NCBI GenBank assembly: GCA_963759805.1
Contig: CAVXAT010000001.1
Location: 192,001 to 256,000, forward strand
Origin: an uncultured bacterium
Lineage (GTDB): Bacteria; Babelota; Babeliae; Babelales; RVW-14
DNA length: 64,000 bases
Reading direction: 5' to 3'
Shown here: in pieces, positions 1-7,639 of the stretch
Layout of the letters: each line of letters opens with the position of its first letter
Position numbering within the stretch: position 1 is the stretch's first letter
Notes under the pieces: generated by a model
Seen by the model: the letters and a program-made list of their open reading frames with translations, nothing else
Database searches by the model: none
What the model was told of the DNA's origin: nothing
Position numbers and translations under genes: made by a program

Positions 1-1012
1 TACCTGTTCTACCGATTCTATGAACGTATGATTTTTCATCATCCGGAATTTCATAGTTAAAAATAATATCAATGTTTGGGACGTCAATTCCTCGAGCAGC
101 AACGTCAGTTGCGATTAAAACTTGAATTTTCCCGGATCTGAAACGTTCCATAATTTGATTACGTTTTGGTTGACTGATGTCTCCATGTATGCCTTCAGCG
201 GCAAATCCATGTTTTCTCAACTTAACCGCAATATTATCAACTTTACGTTTTGTATTACAAAACACAATTGATAAATATGGGTTATGTTCATTTAGAAGTT
301 TTACCAAAAGTTCTAATTTATTTTTATTCTCGACGTCATAGTAATACTGTTCTACTGTTGTTGCCGGTGCTTTTTCATTTGAAACTTGAACGAGCTTTGG
401 ATCCTTCTGATGTCGTTTAACTAAGTCCAAGATATCTTTTGGCATTGTTGCAGAGAAGGTGATTGTTTGACGACTCTTGGGCGTTTTATGCAGTATCTTT
501 TCGATATCAGGCCTGAAACCCATGTTCATCATCTCGTCAGCTTCATCAAGAATAACTGTTGAGACAGTACTTAAATCAATAGATTTTCTATTTATATGAT
601 CGAGTAATCTACCCGGAGTTCCAACTACAATTTGTGGGCCATGTCTTAATGTGTAAATTTGGCGTTCAATTGCTTGGCCACCGTAAACAGGTATTACGGA
701 TATCCCTTTTTTATATTTTAAATATTTGTTTAATTCTACAGACACCTGTATTGCAAGTTCGCGTGTTGGGCAAACTATGAGGGCCTGTACATTTTTCTTC
801 TTATCATCGATCTTATCTACCAAAGGCAAGCTGAATGCTGCAGTTTTTCCAGTTCCCGTCATTGCAAGTCCTGTGACATCGCGCCCCTGCATGATGAACG
901 GAATTGCTTGTGATTGAATTGGAGAAGTTTCCGTATAGCCAAGATCTGAGATGGCTTTTAAAACTTCTTTTGATAAATTTAAATCTTCGAATTTTACTTT
1001 TAAATTATCCAC
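1..1012 (-). CDS. DEAD-box RNA helicase (DeaD/CshA-like), 3' end beyond window
   Basis: Manual minus-strand translation from GTG at 1012 (AAGGA RBS upstream): Q-motif TSPIQ, Walker A TGTGKT, PTRELA, TPGR, LDEADEM, SAT, TDVAARGID, YVHRIGRTG. Absent from the ORF track because it runs off the window edge. Confidence 0.93.
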   Translation of the reverse strand, partial: MDNLKVKFEDLNLSKEVLKAISDLGYTETSPIQSQAIPFIMQGRDVTGLAMTGTGKTAAFSLPLVDKIDDKKKNVQALIVCPTRELAIQVSVELNKYLKYKKGISVIPVYGGQAIERQIYTLRHGPQIVVGTPGRLLDHINRKSIDLSTVSTVILDEADEMMNMGFRPDIEKILHKTPKSRQTITFSATMPKDILDLVKRHQKDPKLVQVSNEKAPATTVEQYYYDVENKNKLELLVKLLNEHNPYLSIVFCNTKRKVDNIAVKLRKHGFAAEGIHGDISQPKRNQIMERFRSGKIQVLIATDVAARGIDVPNIDIIFNYEIPDDEKSYVHRIGRTG

Positions 1013-1186
1013 GTTTAAATATTTCCTTTTAATTTGATGTTAACTGTAATTTGTAAATGTAACTTGTAAGTGTAACTTATAAGTTCAATTGGTTAAACTG
1101 ATAACCGATCAAGCTTGTAATTTGGATTAATTAGATAAGATACTTAAAGAAAGAAGACCGAATTTCTTTAATGCTTACTTTATCTC

Positions 1187-1214
1187 ATAATAACATGTTA
1201 ATTCTGTTTGTCAA
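1187..1214 (-). promoter_or_regulatory. sigma70-type promoter for the helicase
   Basis: TTGACA-16 nt-TATTAT with TGn extension on the minus strand. Confidence 0.55.
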
Positions 1215-1357
1215 GAAACAAATGTGTGCATAGAAATTAAGGATCTTTTTTAGATTATCTCAAGAATATACACATAATGCATACATGTCGAATATGTCGA
1301 AAAATATAGAAAAATATGATATTTACGCGAAAAACTATGCAAAATCGTTGAAAATAA

Positions 1358-1745
1358 GAGGGCAGTCAGTCTCTAACCCATAAATCTTAAAAGATTCAAG
1401 ATCTTAGAAGATTCAATTGCATCGCAGTGTTACGAATTTTTTCACGAATGAAAGTTCGGAGAAAAACAGTAACATTGCAATAACTAAGTCAAAAACATCG
1501 ATCAACCTTGGTCATCGACACTGACAAATGCTCAAACTTAAAGCTAGTCCTACCAAAAGCTGGAGGGATGAGCTTTTTCCCAGCCAGTAAAGTTTGAGTA
1601 TATCAGTATACTGCGTAGTAACTATTTAAGTTGGCAACTTTGAAAGTTAAAAACTTGAAAAGTTAAAAACTTGGAAAGTTGGTATACTTAAAGAGCTAAA
1701 AAACTCTAAGAGTTATTACCGCCATACTGGTCAGTGGCTGCCCTT
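1358..1745. ncRNA. candidate structured non-coding RNA, family unassigned
   Basis: ORF-free region closed by long-range helix 1358-1368/1735-1745, with several nested helices (see findings). Confidence 0.45.
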
Positions 1746-1845
1746 TGACTTTTAAATCTTAGTAATTTCAATTTCTAATCTTATTCTAATTTATTTTATA
1801 TGTGAAAAGCAATATTTTGATAAAAAATCTTAATAGAAAATATTT

Positions 1846-2583
1846 TTAGACAATTTTGGTCTTTGCAGCGGCCAGGAACATCAAGATTCCGGCAGCTACA
1901 GATGCATTGTATGAGATATCAGCGGTACGCTGGGGTAGGGTGACCTTTTCCCCCAAAGATTGAATATTTTTGCTAATTCCGATGGCTTCGTTGCCAATTA
2001 CAAGGCAAAGAGGCCTTTTGAATTCAACTTCGACTGCATTTTTACCATCCAATACTGCCATGTAAAGATTATAGCCGACATTTTTCAGCTCCTGGGCAGC
2101 GTGAGCGGCTGAGGGTGCAACGTAAATGTTCAAATGCTCAGCCAAACCAGCCGAGGCCTTAAATGATGCAGGAGTCAAAACGGCAGAGCCTTTTTTGCAT
2201 AAAACTACACCATCGATGCCGGCGCAGTATGCCGAACGTAAAATTGCTCCAAGATTTCGCACATCCTGGATTCCGTCGAGCATGAGCACAAAAGGCTTTG
2301 AATCAGGGCTAAAAACCTTTGAAGAGTACTTAAATGGTGAGACCCAGGCAAGGATGTTGTTATGATCCATTGTTCCTGTCATTTTATCAATAACTTGCTT
2401 TGATACGTACTGAATCATGGGCGATTTTTGTGGAAGATAAGATTTGATGCGCTCCCACCCCTCGGGCAGAGGTCTTGTTGTATAAATAGAGATAATTCTG
2501 CGTTTTTTGGCCTTCAGAACTTCGATTATTGAGTGCACACCATAAATCAGGTCATTGGGCTGTTGGTTTGAGGTATTTTTCAT
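1846..2583 (-). CDS. rlmB: TrmH/SpoU-family rRNA 2'-O-methyltransferase (RlmB-like)
   Basis: IYGVHSI N-terminus, LDGIQDVRNLGAILRSA, IGNEAIG, SYNASVAAG SPOUT motifs. Confidence 0.85.
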   Translation of the reverse strand: MKNTSNQQPNDLIYGVHSIIEVLKAKKRRIISIYTTRPLPEGWERIKSYLPQKSPMIQYVSKQVIDKMTGTMDHNNILAWVSPFKYSSKVFSPDSKPFVLMLDGIQDVRNLGAILRSAYCAGIDGVVLCKKGSAVLTPASFKASAGLAEHLNIYVAPSAAHAAQELKNVGYNLYMAVLDGKNAVEVEFKRPLCLVIGNEAIGISKNIQSLGEKVTLPQRTADISYNASVAAGILMFLAAAKTKIV

Positions 2584-2645
2584 ATTTTCGCTTTTATTCT
2601 TTGTGCTTTTTATTCGAAATTTATATAGATCTTAAGTTTAAGTTA

Positions 2646-2674
2646 AATTTAAACTTATTCGAGTTTATACCAAA
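2646..2674. repeat. 29-bp direct repeat, copy 1 (flanks nrdJ-like gene)
   Basis: AATTTAAACTTATTCGAGTTTATACCAAA identical to 4678-4706. Confidence 0.9.
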
Positions 2675-2716
2675 AATATTAGATACGCAAAAAACGCTGG
2701 TTAATTAACGTAAACC

Positions 2717-4558
2717 CTATTTGTTACCAAGTTTCTTGGGCTGTCCTTTTCTGCTGCCATCTCGATAGATTGTTACACCCTTAAGATTTTTTAAATAGGC
2801 TTGATAAAAAATATCAACAATTTCTTGCACGCTGGTGGTTGATGGAACATTAATGGTCTTTGAGATTGATTCATCTACGACCGATTGTAAGGATTCCATC
2901 ATATCCAGATGCTCCTGAGGTGAGAGCTCTGATGCTGTTAAAAAAATATGGCGAATATTGACAGGAATTTCTGATAACTCACCGATACATCCTGATGTTT
3001 CTATTTTTTCCATTAAAACTGGATCAACTTTGATTCCAGCATCAGTAAGTGCTTTTTGTAGAATAGGGTTAAGTTGTTTTTGTGCTTCAACTAAGGAGAA
3101 TTGTGGCTCTATTCCGTGCGAAGCATTGATAAGCAGTGAGCTTCTGCCGGTTGGTGGCAATGCAATAGTAGATGCATTGCGTAAGAGTTTCGTTTCTCTG
3201 ATTTTTTTTGCTAATTCATGCCACATATTGGTAGACACATGAGGAGCGGAAATTTTTCCAAATCGTTGTTCAATAAATCCGGGATTATCATTGTATCGGC
3301 AACCTTGCACAAGGAACATTGCCTCAAAAGATCCTCTAATCTTTGCAAGTTCATGAGATGCTGATTTTGAAATGTAATTGATGAAGGCAATAATATCTTT
3401 AGCTAAGTCTCTAGCTTGTTCGTCGGAATATGAGATGTTAAATTTCATGAAAAGATCGGCAAGGCCGCATATGCCAATACCGATTTTGCGTTTTGCCCTC
3501 ATAATTTTCTTTTGTTCTTCATAAGCATATCTGTCAATACTTAATTCCAAGGCATTATCGAGAGCTCTCACCATTAATCGTGTTGCTCGTTCTAATTTTT
3601 CAAAATCAATTGCCAGAGTTTTTTCTTGTCCTGCTATAAGGAATTTTGCCACGTTTATATAGCCAAATTGACAGCTTTCTCCAGCGGCTAGTCCAACTTC
3701 TCCGCATGGTGCAACAGCAATATAATCGCCAACGCCAGGCGTAGGATTGCCTTCATTAAGTCGACTTATGAAAATAAGCCCTGGATCGCCGCATATGTAT
3801 ACGCTTTTTGCTATTTCTTCCAAAAGCACTTTTGCTGATACTTCTTGGCCATCACGTAATCGATATACTGTATTGCGCTTAAAGGCCTGTATAAAATCAT
3901 CATCTATGTTGACTGAGATGTTAAATTTCAAGCCCTCGCCACGCTCATCAGCCTGGTTTTTTGCGTTAATAAATTCGCGAATTCTAGGATGGGACACTGA
4001 AAGGATGGCTATATTTCCAACGGGACGATCTTCTTTTCCGCTCTTTGCTCCTTGCACAGCGATATCGTTGAGCGCTTTTAAAACTGATACAGGATCTTCG
4101 AGTTCGTCGAGGCTAAATCCGGTGCCCATGCCATCTTGATGCAGGCGGTCAATGACTTCCTTAATTGTTGCCATACCTTTTTTCAAGTCGATCGGGGGTA
4201 CGGTGCATGCAGAGAAAGGTTTGTCGCTGTATCTGCCGGCATTGGTCAAAATGGGTGTGCTCATGACACAGTAACCATCATCCAAAAATGACCCAAATTC
4301 ACATTCTAATCTCTGTATTTCGTCGGGGTCTGTTTTAAATTTTGTTTCGATTGAAAATAGGGTATGAATGACGCGCTCCATCATATGCTGTGGTGATTCT
4401 CCGAGGGCAAGAATCTTTCCGTCATGCAGAATAGATTCGGCAAGACTTGTAGGTCGATATGTAGAATGGTAATTTGTGCCCATGGCAAAAATAGAGATAC
4501 TTGGAATTGTTATTATAGTTATAATCAAAAATATGTGTGTAGCAAATGAATATTTCAT
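2717..4558 (-). CDS. nrdJ: class II (adenosylcobalamin-type) ribonucleotide reductase-like protein with signal-peptide-like N-terminus
   Basis: STPILTNAG, SAC, GMGTG, GDPGLIF, PCGE, ESC, RKIGIGICG, ALPPTG, GIEP, SISKTIN, LKGVTIYRDGSR motifs. Confidence 0.85.
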   Translation of the reverse strand: MKYSFATHIFLIITIITIPSISIFAMGTNYHSTYRPTSLAESILHDGKILALGESPQHMMERVIHTLFSIETKFKTDPDEIQRLECEFGSFLDDGYCVMSTPILTNAGRYSDKPFSACTVPPIDLKKGMATIKEVIDRLHQDGMGTGFSLDELEDPVSVLKALNDIAVQGAKSGKEDRPVGNIAILSVSHPRIREFINAKNQADERGEGLKFNISVNIDDDFIQAFKRNTVYRLRDGQEVSAKVLLEEIAKSVYICGDPGLIFISRLNEGNPTPGVGDYIAVAPCGEVGLAAGESCQFGYINVAKFLIAGQEKTLAIDFEKLERATRLMVRALDNALELSIDRYAYEEQKKIMRAKRKIGIGICGLADLFMKFNISYSDEQARDLAKDIIAFINYISKSASHELAKIRGSFEAMFLVQGCRYNDNPGFIEQRFGKISAPHVSTNMWHELAKKIRETKLLRNASTIALPPTGRSSLLINASHGIEPQFSLVEAQKQLNPILQKALTDAGIKVDPVLMEKIETSGCIGELSEIPVNIRHIFLTASELSPQEHLDMMESLQSVVDESISKTINVPSTTSVQEIVDIFYQAYLKNLKGVTIYRDGSRKGQPKKLGNK

Positions 4559-4677
4559 GATAACCTCCGTTTAGACTATTAGTTTTAAATTATATTTCTA
4601 TTATGAACTTAAAAACAAAAATAGTAAAATGGGGTAGAACAAAATATTCAAAAAATGCGAAAAATATGGGATTCTGG

Positions 4678-4706
4678 AATTTAAACTTATTCGAGTTTAT
4701 ACCAAA
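4678..4706. repeat. 29-bp direct repeat, copy 2
   Basis: Identical to 2646-2674. Confidence 0.9.
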
Positions 4707-4715
4707 TTGTGTATT

Positions 4716-6080
4716 TTATCCCATTTTTTCTGTAACCAGACTCGTTAATGCATCACGGATGTTGCTGTTTACATCAAAAAAACACTTTGCAACTGCATAA
4801 AGTGGGTATGTATGAACTCGCAAATCGACAGAATAATTATGTGCAGAAAAACGCATTCCATATGAAGAATTCGGATGTGAATCTAAAAAAATGTGCATAC
4901 TTTTTATTCTCAAGCTTGTGCCAGCCTTAACCTCAATGGGAACAACCATTTCTTTTAATTGTACCAAATAATCAACTTCTGCTTGGCTATTTCTATTTTC
5001 TTTGCGCCAATAAAAAAGATGATTTTTGGATATTGGATCTGAATATGCAAGTATCTCTTGTCCGACGAATGCCTCGACTAGTTCACCCTTATTGATAAAT
5101 GCAGTCAAAGGTTCAATAAACCATGGCGTTATATCAAGTTTAAGTGAAGTTTGGCTCAAGCCAACATCTAAAAAAATTATTTTAAAATCATCGAGTTTTG
5201 CTTGTGCTCCGATTGGAATCCCCTGCCCTGCGTTACGAGTAATACGATGCACAATTCCTGCTTTTTGCAACAGGTCCAGGGCAGGTTCAAGCTCTCTTTT
5301 TTGGTATTCACCTACATGGCTATATATAAATTTATTACTAAGTTGAGATAATGCGTTATGGAAGAGGGCATCAAGATATTTAATTTGGTGCATTCCTGCG
5401 TATTTATTAAAGTCTTGTTGGTAGGAATCCAGCAGATCTGAGTGTACTTTTTTCACATTTCGAGGCGTTTGAGATTGCACCCATGCATTAACGGCTGAGG
5501 GCATGCCTCCTATGGCAAGATAAGTTCCTACTAAATCTAGTAGCTTATTGTGTACAGGCTCCAACAATGGTTCGTGTAAATTGTGATTTAAAATTGCGTG
5601 AACCCATCTTTCATGGCCGAGCGCTACTAAAAACTCTAGAAATGACATTGGGTACATGTACAAGCTAGAGATGCGTCCAACGGGCATCCCTACCTGCTCG
5701 ATGGCAAAATCCAAAAGTGATCCTGCAGCAATGACATGCAATTCCGGCATTATCTCATAAAAATAACGCAATGCAGTAATCGCTTTGGGAATTGTCTGGA
5801 TTTCATCAATGAAAAGCAATGTTGAGCCTGGAATTATATCTGCCTTTAGATACTGTGAAAGCTGGAAAACTATTCTTTTAGGATCAAGATCCTGAGCGAT
5901 GATCTTTCGAGCATCTTCATCCGATTCCAAATTTATTTCGATAAAATGTTTAAATGATTTTCCAAGGTTGCGTACTGCGTGAGTTTTGCCAACTTGCCTC
6001 GCACCTCGGAGCAAAAGTGGTTTTCTGACAAATTTATCATTTTTCCATTCCTGCAAGAAGAAATCTATTATTCTTTTCAT
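4716..6080 (-). CDS. AAA+ ATPase with DUF4143-type C-terminal domain
   Basis: GARQVGKT Walker A, FIDEIQ Walker B, GGMP, EVDY...PIEVKAG nuclease-like tail. Confidence 0.88.
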   Translation of the reverse strand: MKRIIDFFLQEWKNDKFVRKPLLLRGARQVGKTHAVRNLGKSFKHFIEINLESDEDARKIIAQDLDPKRIVFQLSQYLKADIIPGSTLLFIDEIQTIPKAITALRYFYEIMPELHVIAAGSLLDFAIEQVGMPVGRISSLYMYPMSFLEFLVALGHERWVHAILNHNLHEPLLEPVHNKLLDLVGTYLAIGGMPSAVNAWVQSQTPRNVKKVHSDLLDSYQQDFNKYAGMHQIKYLDALFHNALSQLSNKFIYSHVGEYQKRELEPALDLLQKAGIVHRITRNAGQGIPIGAQAKLDDFKIIFLDVGLSQTSLKLDITPWFIEPLTAFINKGELVEAFVGQEILAYSDPISKNHLFYWRKENRNSQAEVDYLVQLKEMVVPIEVKAGTSLRIKSMHIFLDSHPNSSYGMRFSAHNYSVDLRVHTYPLYAVAKCFFDVNSNIRDALTSLVTEKMG

Positions 6081-6265
6081 TTTTATTACTCCAATCTCTC
6101 ATTTTATAGGGTTTTTCAAAATTAAATGTAGAAAAAACAAACTAATTTTAACGCCTAAATGCAGAAAAAACAAGGTAAATTTGGGTCAAATATGCTGAAA
6201 AACCAAAGATAAGAGATTAAGTCAAGTGAACATTCAACTTTGGAATACCAAATTCTTGTAAGACT

Positions 6266-7039
6266 TTATACCATTTTGACTTGACCATCAACTACAGTAG
6301 CTGAGGAATTTAGCTGTATTGAAAATCCTTCAATATTAAAGATTAACATGCCGCCTGAGGCATCTAACTTACATGCTCCGTCAAAAGTAATAGGAGTTGA
6401 ATTCAAAAAAACTCCTTCAGGATTACCTGTTCGTGTTTTCAGCGTAGCGTTGGAAACAACCAACCCACCAGATCCAGCTTCAATAACAAGGGGCTCACGT
6501 CTGTTATCTCTTGGGGCAAACTCTAAAATTGTACCATCAGTAATACGCAGTGTTGCATTACTTCTAATTACACAAGGAATCTTTAAAGAAAAACAATGAT
6601 CTTGCTTATCAACCCATCTAGAAAGCCAAGGATTTTGTTCAGCCCATCTTAAAAACCAATGCTTGTGATCATTAACGTATTTAATGGTTACAATTCCCTC
6701 AATTGCAATTGGAAGACTTTGATTGAAAAATAATCGATCTGAGAGAGGGAGATCTATCGTTTGATCACGCAGCACCAATGTTCCACCTTCGATTGTGCCC
6801 AATTGCCTGTGTTTTTTTATCTCTTTTACATGTGCTGCAAAGGTTTTGCATACTACGCTAATTTTGCAAAGTGTTTCGTAATTGAGTTCGTCTAAAATAT
6901 GATTGATTATCTCTGGAGGGAGCTCTATAAGAACTATTAATGGAACCTGTTCTGCTTTTGCCATAGCATTGCATCGCTCTTGGCGAAATGAAGAAAATAT
7001 TATAAAAAAAATAAGAAACTTAATTATTTTGTTAAACAT
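6266..7039 (-). CDS. secreted F-box domain protein (putative effector)
   Basis: Hydrophobic leader ending CNAM; F-box pattern LIELPPEIINHILDELNYETLCKISVVCKTF. Confidence 0.75.
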   Translation of the reverse strand: MFNKIIKFLIFFIIFSSFRQERCNAMAKAEQVPLIVLIELPPEIINHILDELNYETLCKISVVCKTFAAHVKEIKKHRQLGTIEGGTLVLRDQTIDLPLSDRLFFNQSLPIAIEGIVTIKYVNDHKHWFLRWAEQNPWLSRWVDKQDHCFSLKIPCVIRSNATLRITDGTILEFAPRDNRREPLVIEAGSGGLVVSNATLKTRTGNPEGVFLNSTPITFDGACKLDASGGMLIFNIEGFSIQLNSSATVVDGQVKMV

Positions 7040-7162
7040 TTTAATTTTCCTTATGCTTAATTAATAATCTTGAATTAATAATCTTAAAAACAATTGGGCT
7101 AAATTCTAACAAAAAAAAATTAAATAAGCTATGCCTGAAAAGTGTTGATTTCTACTTAACTT

Positions 7163-7639
7163 TTAATACTTGATGCCAACTGATTTTAAAAGCATGTTTT
7201 CGAATTTTGACATTTTGGCAAAATCTTTGTCATTTTGATGATCATATCCGAGAAGATGTGCTATTCCGTGAGCCAAAAGTGCAACAAGATGCTCGTTAAA
7301 TTTACGATTCCATGTGATTTTTGCATCCTGTTGCGCAAATTCAAGCGATATTACAATGTCTCCCAGATTTTTGTCTTCGTCTGATTTCACGATTATTTTT
7401 TGTCCTGGTTTTAAATTCACATGAAACGGGAATGAAAGTATATCTGTGGGCTTGTCTTTGCCGCGAAATTTTTTGTTTAAGTTTCGAATTGTGTTGTTTG
7501 TTGTCAGCAGAATGCCAAGATCAAAATCTTTGTAATTTATGTCTTTGTCGCCCAGCGCGCAAAGCATTTTTTCTGCTTTGGCGTGCAACTCTTTTGTATC
7601 AACTTTAATTTTACGCTGCCTGTTTTTTATAACAATCAT
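7163..7639 (-). CDS. ybeY: rRNA maturation endoribonuclease YbeY
   Basis: LNKKFRGKDKPTDILSF, LGDIVIS, HGIAHLLGYDH (HxxxHxxGxDH). Confidence 0.95.
   Translation of the reverse strand: MIVIKNRQRKIKVDTKELHAKAEKMLCALGDKDINYKDFDLGILLTTNNTIRNLNKKFRGKDKPTDILSFPFHVNLKPGQKIIVKSDEDKNLGDIVISLEFAQQDAKITWNRKFNEHLVALLAHGIAHLLGYDHQNDKDFAKMSKFENMLLKSVGIKY

Noticed and set aside
1358..1745. RNase P RNA, tmRNA or group I intron
   Set aside because: No GAGGAAAGUCC/ACAGAA..CGGCUUA pair, no tRNA-like T-arm or CCA, and the intron R- and S-like words lie on opposite strands
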